Below the pieces are notes generated by a model, which worked only from the letters and a program-made list of their open reading frames with translations, did not search any database and was not told the DNA's origin. Both the position numbers and the translations under genes were made by a program. DNA of 63,947 nt, counting the filler, from Intoshia linei (lineage: Eukaryota > Animalia > Orthonectida): the NCBI GenBank assembly GCA_001642005.1. It is 5 parts of 5 records of this genome, joined end to end, with 100 filler letters (N's around TTAATTAATTAA, not from the genome) between each part and the next. Parts side by side here need not be neighbours in the genome. Positions count along the whole stretch, not along the records: positions 1 to 20,173 come from LWCA01000697.1; positions 20,274 to 36,624 come from LWCA01000869.1; 3 more parts are not named here. One strand, given 5' to 3'. This document shows, one piece after another, positions 13,014 through 25,025 of the stretch (position 1 is its first letter; every line of letters begins with the position of its first letter).

Positions 13014-15095
13014 ATTATAAAAATAAATAATAAACTATATAAACATTAAATAGTTTTACAAATATAAAATGCCTGCATTTCACTAGAAATTAGCACCTGT
13101 TTCTATATAATCAATGTTTAAGTTTCTCAAAGTAATATCAACATTGATAGGACAAAAATTAAAATTATTTTTAACCTTCACAATAAATTTGACATTGCAA
13201 AAATTGGCATCTTATTATTGAAGTTTACTTTTATATGTAAAAATATTAACTTAATTAACTACACACTTTCACAATAAATTTAAATCTATTTGAATTGATT
13301 TCAATTTATGATACATTTTGTATTTAAATCAATTTAGCAATTGTATTTTATCAGAATATATATATTCAAAAGTTTAAACTTTAATTCTAGATATTTTTTC
13401 CGTCAGGAATCATGAAAAATATTAAACCAAAATCAACATTTCCTAATAAAATGTAGATTAAATATTCCATTTAGGTACGATAGCGATAATATCATTACAC
13501 ACAGTAATCATAAAAATACTAGAAAATAATTTTAACATGTTCCAATGTTTTAAAATAGAAATTAATAGTAGAATTTATACGTATTGAACGGGTATTTATA
13601 AAACAGATAAAATCGCTGCGATATAAATTTTTGGTAAAAGGGTAAATGAAGAAGTATCACAAAATACATATATTGAAATAATTTATATAAATTAGGAATA
13701 GACAAAGTGCGGTAATTACCATTGTGAAAAGTCATTGATTTAGATTACGAACTTGGTAATTAGACTGGAAGGAAAGGCCGGACATGAAATCGTTACACAA
13801 TTAAAAAAAAAATCAAAGAATATGACACAAATATATTTATTTATTATTAATTAATGATTAGCAAATAAAATTAACTTATTTAAATAAACCTTAACGAACT
13901 ATATATGATACCACTCCTCGAAATTTATGTTTTGAGAACTTAGTCTTCACCACTTTGGCAACAGACCCAGAAATACAAAAAAAAACATCGTCTTAGAAGC
14001 CTAGATTTTGGAAATAATTCCTGTATCCGTTCAGCTTACTAGAACGAAACTTCCTTAAAAATTATTGATTCATATTATATGACGAGAAAATTTATCTATC
14101 ATATATCTTATTTATCATCTACAGAGTTGTCCACTTATATATGCATTTCTGTTCATTTATATATCCACTTTTGGAATTTTTAGATTATTTTTTTAACAAA
14201 AATAAAAGTGAGAGGTTTTTAAGATTTTTTTAATCAAAAACTTTAAGGGGAATTTTCAGATTATATTTTTTACCAAACATTAAAGGTATGGGTTATTAAA
14301 GTTTTTTTAGCCTAACCCTTGAAGATGAATTTTCAAATTATTTTTTAACTAAATCTTAAAGGGCCTCCGGTCCTTTGCTTAACCGAGGGCCACGAAGTGG
14401 CTTAAGACGGAAGTGCCTTGAAGGGGGATTTTTAGATTATTTTTAATTTTAATTAACATTAGTAGCTTTTTTGAATTAGTATTTAACCTTGTTATATACC
14501 CTTTTCAAATAAATCTATTTATTATTATCTTTCAAGTATATTCCTTTATTTGGTTCATTATAGATTCCATGATACGATAAATAAAGGAACAATACACAGC
14601 AATGGGAATTTCTTTTATTTATGAATATGCGTTTAATTTTACATTTTGAACTTTTCACAACAAACAAAAATTAATCAGTATACAATACTTAGTTTTCAGC
14701 AATAGCTATATTTTTAATAATTAATCTTAAAATAATATAAATTAAATTCATGAGTAAAAAAACAATAGCAAATACTGTCTATTTTTAACGGTCATATACT
14801 TGAATGTAATTGGATAAGTTATTTCCAACATTTGATACTAAATTTCAACATAATTTTTTATATTATACTAATCTTTCAAGTATAAACAATCCAATTAAAC
14901 TGCAATCTCATTGTCTAAATTTGGACAATAAATATAAATTTTCTTGTTATACATTGGATGTTTTTCAAACACGACTATGGCACGTATCACGTGCCAGTAG
15001 TGTATCATTGACATAAAGATTGAACGCTTGAAAATCATTCTTTCAAATATTTCGAACGAGCAACATTAAATTTAATAAAAATACTAATTATTAAA

Positions 15096-15455
15096 ATGGA
15101 CGAAAATTATATGATAAATATGCAAAACCATATAATAACATCATTGTATGGCCACTACAAGACTGCAAAGGTGCAACTGATAGATCAATCAGAAACAATC
15201 GAAAAAGAAACGATTAATATGAACAACTATCAAAATTTTATGACAATAAACTCTGATAAAATCAAAAATTGTACATTGTACATAAATAGTGCCACTCGTT
15301 TGGATGGTAATGTCAATAAGAAAAGATACTTGAATCAATGGCTGGAAAGCACGGTAGAAGAACACCTGCGAAAATGCCAAGAAACTAAAAAATTGAAAAA
15401 AGATGAAGACACACAAATAACTAACCATTCGATCGAGAAAATACTTAAAATGTGA
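15096..15455 (+). CDS. Hypothetical 119-aa single-exon protein
   Basis: ATG-initiated ORF in AAAATGG context with coding-like composition; AATAAA at about 15485; no family recognised. Confidence 0.5.
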   Translation: MDENYMINMQNHIITSLYGHYKTAKVQLIDQSETIEKETINMNNYQNFMTINSDKIKNCTLYINSATRLDGNVNKKRYLNQWLESTVEEHLRKCQETKKLKKDEDTQITNHSIEKILKM

Positions 15456-16080
15456 ACGTTCAATTTGACAAGATAATTCAATCAAATAAATTCATCAATT
15501 ACTCACTATTATGATAATAATAAAACAATCAGACAACTCATACATAAATCAAAAATTAACACATTTGTCTTAATTTTTTATAAATAAATTATTACAGTAA
15601 ATACATTGTACTTTTCTTCTGGGTCATTCATTCATTTCTTCAAATTAACTGCGCTTTTTTTTGTGGTAATGGTTAGTCATGGGTGTATAAAGGTGGTCGT
15701 CTGGTGAAGTAAGATATGGTGAATATGATAGGTTCTGTAATATTTCAGATGTAAGTTCCTCAACCACACACGAGTCTTTTTAGAAATATGAGGTTTGGCA
15801 TGTTGAAATATTTTTTAAACCTTACTGAACATTTTAAGCATTTTATTTGGTTTATATTGGTTTAATTTTTCTAATTTTTGACAATATTTATTCGAATGAA
15901 TAGTTTTATTTTTAAAGTATTTTTTAGACTATAACTATACTTGTGAAAATATTACCTAAAAATATATATTCTTAGTGTGAATGTATCCCTTGAAATGATA
16001 TTGAAATTTCTAAAACACGCCATAATATTAATGAAAATACTTTATACGAAATTGAGCCTTTATTTAAAAAATACATTTAA

Positions 16081-17365
16081 CTACCTGAAAACCAATTTTT
16101 CAGTATCAACAAGTCCATCTTTATATCGGTATAGGTAAGCAGTCATATTTGTTTCCGTTTTTTTTGTAGCAGCTATATCCAGTAGTATGAAAGAAGCAAT
16201 TACAGTCTTGCTAAAAATAGTAAAATTAAAATTAGTAAATTAACTTTAATAAGATATTTTCAGTATTGCTAAAATTTTAATAGGGGTAAACCTTACGTCA
16301 CTTATTAATCATAGTCAACTTTTGAAGAAAAACTATTCGATCCAATGAACTCACTAAACTAAACCATTACATCTGTAATGGCGGGGGGCAAGGTACAGAA
16401 AGAATATGAATTTATTCAACACGAGCCAACTACTGACGCTCACAAGAAAATCGTATTTCATGTGTGTAGTTGCATGTTACAATCCCAATCTCGGTGAGGC
16501 TAAACGTATTTAGCATTCCTCTCGGAAAAGTTAAATATACCCGATGACCAAGGTTAAACAATCCATTCAAGAATTAAACAATTGACTTCTATTTTATAAT
16601 AATTCAATAATAAAAATTAATAAAGAACGTGAAACAGAATCATAACTTTTTTAATTTGTTAAATTTTTCCATGAAATAGAAAATAATTTTAATTTCTCGG
16701 GACCCGGTTGAGAAACGTCTCATCCAGAGTAAAAATTAAGCAGGACATAAGGTATATAAAATTTATTTTCTAATTCAATAAAATAGGTCAAAATAAAATA
16801 CAATTAGACTAACTATAAAGTACCCATTCAAAAAAGAAGTCCCAGTAGCTGAACCAGGATTTAAATAAATCTTTCCATGTGAAGTGTAGGCGTAACATTC
16901 AGTATTATTTCCCGTTATAACCACATCACAGTCCATGTCAACATTCATTAGTTTAATTTCCATGCAATTATTAACAGGACATGTATTATGACCGTGAAAT
17001 ATTCCGAATTTAAGTCCTTGAATTGTAGTTACAAGACTATCGCTTATGGATGGAAGCCTCTACAAAAACGCAATTATATATATATTTATAAAGTCAGGAT
17101 TTCCAATTTTTAAAATGATTACATAAACTAGAGAGTCGTAATCACCAAATGAACCACACAAATTGAGATTAACTCTTCTGAGATCATTCAGAGTGGATTC
17201 AGAGCAAAAATTTCCAGTACATATGATACGATTAATTTTTTTTGATTTCAACAGTCCCTTAAAAGCTAAAGGTATATCTGTTGTAAGCAACGGTATGTTG
17301 AAATCACCGATAACCAGAATAAACTAAATTAATATTTTAAATTTTTAAAACGCTCAACCAACCAT
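16081..17365 (-). CDS. VPS29: VPS29-like retromer subunit (divergent), 4 exons
   Basis: ATG-only first exon; M/FILVIGDFNIP..IICTGNFC..GDYD..FGIFHGH..DVVITGNNT..YLNPGSATG..SFILLDI..AYLYRY..EKLVFR* aligns along the whole of VPS29. Confidence 0.92.
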
Positions 17366-17631
17366 TTCATGCGACAAACTTTATTTAATATTTAAGAATG
17401 AAAAAAGTAGTTCCAAGTAATTAAAATTAGTATTGTTACAAAATTTAGATAAATTTTAATTGAATCACTACAAAATATTAAATATTTGATGAGTAGTCTT
17501 GGTATTGGGTCCAATTTTTATTGTTGGATGCATAATAATTAAATTAAAACTAATTTTTGTTTAAAAACGTGATTTATCAAATTTATTGCTACTACAAGTA
17601 GGTGACATTGTATAATGAATATGGTAGATTA

Positions 17632-18722
17632 TTAATCATATTTATTTAATAAATAATTGACAGCCGCATTTACATCTCCATTACATATTGTTAAAACTAA
17701 ATAGTGAATTAAAAACTAAAATAAAAAAAAAATAAAAATACCTTCAATGTTTTTCTGTACATCACTGAAGCCCATATTTTTCAATTGTTCCAACTCATCT
17801 GTAAATTTTTCGTCTCTACTCTGCTTAAATATATAGTTTTATTAAATACTCAAACCTGCATTGTATCAGTAGTTTGCATGGACTGAAGCATCTGAGTCAA
17901 CATATTCATTGTGTTTGAATCGTTTTTTATTTCAGAATTATTTTGGGTAGAAGATTGGTTAGAAGTATTGCTTAAAAAAACTTTACATTTGATATTTATA
18001 ATTTACCTCAAATTTGATGATATGATTTTAGACAAGTCATTCATGTTGACCATAGAACTCATTGACTCTAATAAATTATCGTCAACCTCGACTTTTGAGT
18101 TCTGCGAAAAAAATTAATTTACAGATAATAAATTGAAAATTATAAATACATGAAAAGCATAATTACTTCAGATACAGGTGTTTTATTAGTTTTATTGGCA
18201 GATACTTCAGTAGACTAAAAAAATACATACAATAAACACAAAAACAAATAACCCCTCCCATGAGTCTATTTTCGGCCAGATATTTGAAAAATTTTCGAGT
18301 GTCCTCGGAAAAGTTTGAATCTTTGATATCTGCAGTGTCTAAACCTCGCCGTTAGTTTCATTAAAATTCAGTAGAATAAAAAAAAAAAAACAAAATTCAG
18401 AAAAAAATACCACTCGACTTTAAATTTGATTTAAATTTTGAATTTTTAAGAATTGATTTTGGATGACTAGGCTTTTTAAATTTAGATAACATAACGTCGG
18501 TGTATTTTGATTTTTTACTCCAAGGGTTTGGAATTGGGTCTGTCATCAATTTACCTCGATCTTCATCTTTGACTAAAATTTAGGTTAATTTATATTATTA
18601 CAAAAATTACTCTCTTTAGGCTCTTTCTTATATACCATAAAATTTTCTTGTGTTGCTCGGTAAAGTGGATCTTGTACATCAGTGTACAATTTTTCTAGTA
18701 GATTCATGCCTCCGGGTGTGCT
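17632..18722 (-). CDS. UBQLN: Ubiquilin/Dsk2-like protein, 3' part (STI1-region motifs and UBA); 5' exons not found before the contig end
   Basis: STPGGMNLLEKLYTDVQDPL (~[20 protein letters not shown]), TDPIPNPW, and C-terminal UBA ELEQLKNMGF..NGDVNAAVNYLL. Confidence 0.85.
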
Positions 18723-18871
18723 CTATATAATGATAATTAAAGTTATAAAATACAATGTATATAATTTTAAAACTGGTTTCATTCTTTAATGACATTAACT
18801 ACTTATAAAAGTTCCTAATTTTTCGTTGAGTTTTTATTGCAGAATCACTGCTTTAAAATGGATTATTTAAC

Positions 18872-19540
18872 CAGGGTCAAAACGTAAATATGCTGACGAT
18901 TAATACTTTTGCTGGGCACTAACTATTCTCAAAAAATTTATCATAATGTAACAAAATGTTATCAAAAGTAATATAATATATTTTAAATTAGAAAATCAAA
19001 ATTCAGTATTAAACATTCACACAATAAATTAACATTCTGTTTCTGCTCTGAATATCCATCCGAATTTACTATGATAAAAAGTAAATTATTTTGCAATATA
19101 TGTAGTAAACTTATTAAATGCGAAAAAAAATTTCACGTGGATTATCATAGAAAATCTAACACACATAATGCCTTAAATGAGTAATTTTTTTATATCAATA
19201 ATACATTAAATCCTAGATTAAGGAATAAAAATTGTAGCACTGATGCCTGTAACCCTTTCTAGAATTATCTGTTTTCCTGAAATAATAGTAACATTGTTCA
19301 CCCGATTGAATATTCCACTCAATAAGTTACATTCTGAAGACATAAAGCTATTTTTTGAAGCATATAACGAGGCATTAATTATATTATTTAAAATATTTTA
19401 ATGTCATGTTTAAAATTTCATATATTAAATGACTATTTCATTTTCAATTCAAATAAATTTAATTTGATATGTAAATTTAATGAACTTTGAATCAATTGTT
19501 GTCTTCTTGTTCCAATAGCTTGGAACGATGTTAAATGCTT
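18872..19540 (+). mobile_element. Decayed hAT (CGGBP1-like) transposon remnant
   Basis: CAGGGT start; zinc finger EYPSEF..LFCNICSKLIKCEKKFHVDYHRKSNTH at about 19047-19170; NIPLNKLHSEDIKLFFE at about 19309. Confidence 0.6.
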
Positions 19541-19549
19541 ATTAGGCTT

Positions 19550-20173
19550 ACATTTTAAATAAGCTTTAAAGAAAGATTTATCTCTACACGCTTACAAAAT
19601 TCAATTGACTCAAGAAATCAAGCCTGCTGACCATTTGAAGCGTCGTACGTCGCAGATTGGGTGCATGAGCAAAAACAAATCGATGATGATTTTTCACAAA
19701 ACCATTTCCATCTAAGTGGCTTCATTAATAAGCAGAATTGTCGCTTTTGGGCTAATGAAAATCCAAGGATAATTGCTGAAAAACCGATGCATCCATCCAA
19801 GGTCTCTGTTTGGTGTGCATTTTTTGCTGGCGGAATAATTGGACCGTTTTTCTTCGAGAATGATGCCGGCAATTCTGTTACTGTGATAGGCGAGAGATAC
19901 CGTGCCATGATAACCAACTTTTTTTCCCTAAATTGAATGCTATAGATGTCAAGAATTTGTGGTTCCAACGTGACTGCGCAACATGCCACACAGCCAATGC
20001 AACAATGATTTTTTTGAAGGAGAAATTCTCAGGTCGCATCATCTCTTGAAACAGCGAAGTGGGTTGACCAGCAAGATCGTGCGATTTGACGACTCTGAAT
20101 TTCTTCCTTTGGGGTTACCTTAAGAGTAAGGTCTATGCCAACAAGCCGACAACAATTGAACAGCTGAAGGATG
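19550..20173 (+). pseudogene. IS630-Tc1-mariner transposase remnant, rosa/DD41D-like, truncated by the gap
   Basis: HAYKIQLTQE, FHLSGFINKQNCRFW, VWCAF..GIIGPFFF, WFQRDCATCHTA, ARSCDLTTLNFFLWGYLKSKVY; contains frameshifts and stops. Confidence 0.9.
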
Positions 20174-20273
20174 NNNNNNNNNNNNNNNNNNNNNNNNNNN
20201 NNNNNNNNNNNNNNNNNTTAATTAATTAANNNNNNNNNNNNNNNNNNNNNNNNNNNNNNNNNNNNNNNNNNNN
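20174..20273. other. Artificial contig spacer
   Basis: 44 N + TTAATTAATTAA (stops in all six frames) + 44 N. Confidence 0.98.
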
Positions 20274-20490
20274 TATCAACTGGAATAAGCTCTATCAGAA
20301 TAATCTTTTTTTTAATTTTCGGACCGTGAATTATTTCACATTTTTGGTTTTAATAAAATATTTCGGAAAATAAATGTATATCTAAGTAAAAGTGAAATTT
20401 CGTCTTACAAAAAGAAAACACAACTTTAGGAATATTTCAGACTGCATAGTAAATTATTTATTGAAGACTGATAATTTATCGCTCACAAAA

Positions 20491-21474
20491 ATGAAAATAA
20501 ATAAAATTCCAAAAATGATATCTCATCAGCCATACGGTTGCGTACCATTTGTATCTAAAGATCTATATCAATATTTACCAAATTACGTGAATAAAAGAGC
20601 CGTAATATACATTGCCGAGTTTTCTCGATATACAGAAACTGCCACTGAACCAAAAACAAATGAATTAAAACATGGTTTTCAAAATGATTTTTTTTTCAAA
20701 ACTGTAAAAGATTGGGCAACTGATAAATTATCCTTTTTATCCATAAACAACCCGTTAAAAATAAATATTGACCGAACAACAATAAAAACTAATATAATGT
20801 TATTTAGTCCACATGGAAATGTGTGTATGACACCGGGGAATTACAAAAAAATAGTAGACTTGATTGCGCCTGATTATTATGAGTGTCCTTATGATTACCA
20901 TCACGGAAAGAAATCTATTGAGAGATCGTGTAAAATGTACACCACCTTTTATTCAAATGAAAGTGAGACTACAAATAATAATTCGAACGGTGTAATTAAA
21001 AAAAAAGCAAAAACAAAATCAAGCCTTGGAAACCTTGTAAAGCACATTGAAAAAAATAATACGCAATTGGGTTCTATTAATGTATGTCAATGGAAAGATT
21101 TAAAAGAAACCAACGTTGAAAAAACCATAATTTTTGGACCCATCGAACCTCAACATTTCAAAAAAATTGATTTTGAATATTTCGACGATAGTTTTGCTAC
21201 AAAAATGACAATTGACGGACAAGCATTGCTTTTAAATGGCGATTTAATTGATTGCAACAACTTCAACAAAAAAATTAATTTAAAAATTGAACCTATCGAC
21301 GTAAATTGCACATGCTATACCTGTAAAAATTATACAATTGGATATATAAAACATTTGATGCAAACATCCAGCAAGTTGCAATCTATGATTCTCCTTCAAA
21401 TCCACAATATCAACACTTATTTCAACATCTTTTCAAAATTTATTTACGATTCAGACAGAAATAAAGTTATTTAA
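20491..21474 (+). CDS. QTRT2: Queuine tRNA-ribosyltransferase accessory subunit (QTRT2/QTRTD1-like), intronless
   Basis: IPKMISHQPYGCVPFVSKD, KKSIERS, YFDDSFA, and zinc site CTCYTCKNYTIGYIKHL..QIHN; no catalytic DSGG motif seen. Start taken at the first ATG (the ORF is open from 20392). Confidence 0.85.
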   Translation: MKINKIPKMISHQPYGCVPFVSKDLYQYLPNYVNKRAVIYIAEFSRYTETATEPKTNELKHGFQNDFFFKTVKDWATDKLSFLSINNPLKINIDRTTIKTNIMLFSPHGNVCMTPGNYKKIVDLIAPDYYECPYDYHHGKKSIERSCKMYTTFYSNESETTNNNSNGVIKKKAKTKSSLGNLVKHIEKNNTQLGSINVCQWKDLKETNVEKTIIFGPIEPQHFKKIDFEYFDDSFATKMTIDGQALLLNGDLIDCNNFNKKINLKIEPIDVNCTCYTCKNYTIGYIKHLMQTSSKLQSMILLQIHNINTYFNIFSKFIYDSDRNKVI

Positions 21475-21492
21475 ATATAGTTTGTTGTAGAT

Positions 21493-22046
21493 ATGAATAA
21501 ATTTGTTAAATTATTGAGACTGTCCTCTGCATCTTCAAAGTTACTTTTACCGAATCGACTCTTCAATTTAAGTTCAAAATTACCAAACTACACTAAAAAT
21601 TTATTCAAAAAGAAAAATGTAATTTTTAACGAAGTATTTTGTAGTAATTATAAATTTAGTTTCTCGATAAAATAAAAAAATTTGTACATGGTCCAATTTC
21701 ATATGATATTGTTTCGAAACGAGTCATGGTTGTGTTGAATTGTTTTGATAAAATAAAACCGGAGGATGTAATTATTGAAATGCATAAAATTAATAAAATT
21801 TTAAGTTGACTGCGGATAAGCATTTTAAAAATGATTTGGGTTTGGACAGTTTTGACCTTGTCGAAATAACAGTAATGATGGAAGAAGAATTTCGTAATTA
21901 AATAATTTAGTAAAATCTACATTTTTTTTGTAGAATATGAAGTCCCAGAACAACATATGGTTAGATTTGAAAAACCCAAAGATATTATTGATTATTTCAG
22001 CGATAAACATGACGTATACGAAGCAAAATTAGAAAATGATGTTTAA
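21493..22046 (+). CDS. NDUFAB1: Mitochondrial acyl carrier protein, 4 exons
   Basis: Basic/Ser-rich presequence; RVMVVLNCFDKIKPE/LTADKHFKNDLGLDSFDLVEITVMMEEEF/EYEVP..KPKDIIDY; the phosphopantetheine Ser lies in DSFD. Confidence 0.92.
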
Positions 22047-22080
22047 TAATTTAAAAATATTTTAAAATTTTGAAATAAAT

Positions 22081-25025
22081 TTAATTTACGACTTTACATT
22101 TGTTGATATCCGCGTAATGGTTATGGACATTATAAATTTGAAAAAATTTATCTTGACTTTGCTGAGGGTGGACGTCAATGTTTAACATTTGTCGAGTGAG
22201 TTTACAAAGGATTTGAAAATGTTTCACAGTTTTAGGTAGAATGTTTTGGCATATATTGTGGTCTAATCTAGCGGCGTTTTGAATCTCCATACAAGCTTCG
22301 CTATTACGACTAAAACGGTTGCCATTGTAGATTGAAATTCCGTATTTTTTGAAATCAAAATTTTCGTAGTATTCGAAAAAATTTTTAAAATGTTTTTCTA
22401 GAAAAATATATAAAAATACAGTCCTTTCTTAATAATTTGCCAAGACTATAACCGCAATGTGGTATAAATTACCGGTTAGTGGATGGTACGGTATACATTT
22501 TTAGAAATTTTACTTTATACGTAGGACCAAGGTATGAAAAATTATGAAAGTTGTATATGGCTACGAGTTCTTAACCATCCACAATAGGGTGTCCATTTTT
22601 TTTTATTAGAAAAACCCATTTTCTACGTGGATGCCTTTTTTGATTTTAAACATGTATCAAAAAAAATCAAATCGGTTAATATTTATTCCTTCCCCTCAAA
22701 TTTAATTATTGAAATTCATACAACAATGTTAAGATAAATGTAAAATATAACTTTATTTTATGCAAATAATGTTGAATTAGGTTGGTAATTCCTTTGATGG
22801 ATTTACCATGCTTTGTGGACCATTTTGTTGTTTAAATTAATTTCTAGCTTATTTATTTTGGTTTTTAATGATGTTTGAATTGCCCATAATTAACCCCAAA
22901 AACTATACATACAATTTATTATAAACTCAAAATAAATGATCTAGAATTTAATTTAAAAAAGCAATAAAGTTCACAAAACATAGGAAACTCATCAAAGTGG
23001 TTACACACATAGAACCTCATGTACCTTTGACAGTTTTTAATGTATAACTTTAATATTCTATTTTAATAAAATCTTGTATTGTAATAATAATAACCCATCA
23101 GTGAGAGAATACTGTATGTAAAAATTCTATCAAATTAAAAAGTGGGTCTTTGGAAGAAAATTAAAATGCAGTAACCATTTTAAGTTTTCAAACAGACCAC
23201 TCAAAAGCCTCATTAATAAAAACCATTAAAATAACTGATCAATGACGCTGTAACACAATGTTTTCCAACCTTTTTTATGCTAGACTCCACTGAAAAAAAA
23301 TTCGAGCGAATTATAATATAATAATGATAAAAACAATAATAATGTATTTATTTTTTAGAATTAATGAGACGATTGAGCTTGACGATTCGGACAGAGTTTA
23401 TTAATATTAGATACTAATGTTGTAAGATTTAATCGTAGATTCCCCTTTTTGAAATTTGTAGTCTATTTATTTTTTTGGCAGTAAGTCTAAAACTGCACTA
23501 AACCCGCATTCTGCTAAATAAGAGGATTATAATGGCAACAAGGCAATCCTAGCAAAAGTAGTTAAAGTCAGATAATTTTGTAAATTTAGCATTTTGCATA
23601 TACTCATTAATTTAGTTGAATTTAAATTCAACAGCCCACGATCATTAAAGATATATTTGTTTTTTGTCATTCTAATAATTTAATAATACAATTAATTGGT
23701 TCAAGTATCACATAACCACTTATAAACCGGAGAATATTGTATAAAATTAACAACAAATTAATTTAAAGTTTCATAATCCTATACATTTGTAATATTTCCC
23801 AGGACCCACCAAAAATTTCGTCATGCCCCACGGTTGGGAAACACTGCTATAACATATTATTTATAAATAATGTCATATATACCTAATGAACCATTATATT
23901 CAATTTTTGGTACTTGTAATGCCGGATCTAAAATATTTATATATATATATATTAATTAAAAAACCAAAAAAACAATTTAATGGAGGTAACATGGGTTCAG
24001 TTTGATTTTGAAGGTAATGGATAACCATTGAAGACAGCATGAAATTGCTGATAGCACGACCTGCCGGTGCAGTGTTGATGCGGTTTGAGGTAGCCCAATG
24101 TTTTACATTGAGAGTGATTTTACGAAATAATGGCGACAGTTTAGTTAAAGTATACAAGACCTTTGATGTTAAATAAGTAGATCTAAATTGATCACAACAA
24201 AATAAATAAAAAAACAACCTTTGGTACAAGCAAATGTCACAATCCGCATCGAGTAATTTATTATGAAGTCGAATGATTGGGATTCTAGCTTTAGGAAAAT
24301 ATCTAACAAAACCAAAATTTTTGCAATTATTTTTGAAATGAGGTTCCAAAACTGATAAAATATCATTCGATTTTTTTTGAAAATTTTGAACTGATAAATT
24401 ATCTTGATTTGTTTTAATTAGCACGTCCATGTCAGATTTATTGTGACCCAATCCGTTCACAGTTGAACCAAACGGTAGACTATGAATTGGAAAATACATG
24501 GTTGACATTCTTTCAATCAAATTCATCATAAAAAAACGTAATCTTACAGATTCTTCATTCATATCAAATTTTTCGCATACCAATTCCAAATAATATTTAA
24601 TTCCAAAAATATTAAAATGCAAATCCTTGGGCGTATTTAGTTCGTTTAGCGAATGTTTTTTCAAATAATATGTCAAACTTTTTGGTCTATTTTTTTTATT
24701 TTTTTTGCTAACGAAAAAATAACAATCTGAATCTTTAAAAAATCTTCCATTTGGAGTAAATTGATATAAACCTTTAATTTTTTGTTTTGATTCTGAATTT
24801 TTAAATTGAATTAACAAGTATTTCTAAAAGATTTCAGTACAAAAAATTAAAATTACATTGTACTTGTTTTCTGTTATCTACACTGAATGATTTTTCTATC
24901 GGCGGAAAACATTCCATTGATTGAAGCAATTTACTCCTATCACATAAATATTCTATTAATATCGTTTTTTCTGCATATATATGGTGTTGATTCACATAGG
25001 TATCAAATTTTTCAAATTTTGAAAC
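22081..25025 (-). CDS. MTPAP: Mitochondrial poly(A) polymerase-like non-canonical nucleotidyltransferase; first exon unresolved (about 25130-25290)
   Basis: RRM-like AEKTILIEY..FPPIEKSF..YLLIQF; PFGSTVNGLG..SDMDV; ARIPIIRL..CDIC; SNFMLSSMVIHYLQ; FFEYYENFDF..IQNAARLDHNIC. Confidence 0.85.
23256..23846 (-). mobile_element. hAT (Buster/Charlie) deletion derivative in an MTPAP intron
   Basis: TIRs CAATGTTTTCCAACC / GGTTGGGAAACACTG; TSD CTGTAACA / CTATAACA; internal SSYLAECGFSAV..NRLQI..LRL..QAQSSH* (transposase C-terminus). Confidence 0.9.

Noticed and set aside
13411-13855. Possible ~90-aa plus-strand gene divergent from the myosin
   Set aside because: It can be spliced in frame but needs a 22-nt intron and has no recognisable motif; not supportable.
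19618-19989. 123-aa minus-strand ORF (likewise 15189-15485, 17911-18117, 34730-35053, 34926-35114, 40471-40668, 61965-62174)
   Set aside because: Antisense shadows of a transposase remnant or of better-supported genes.
20174-20273. TTAATTAATTAA inside N runs, four times in the window
   Set aside because: Identical 100-bp synthetic spacers with six-frame stops; not biological. Gene adjacency across them should not be trusted.
20392-20490. GTG-initiated N-terminal extension of QTRT2 (VKFRLTK resembles MKLSLTK)
   Set aside because: The similarity is too short, it abuts a Helitron fragment and a contig end, and an ATG at 20491 explains the gene.
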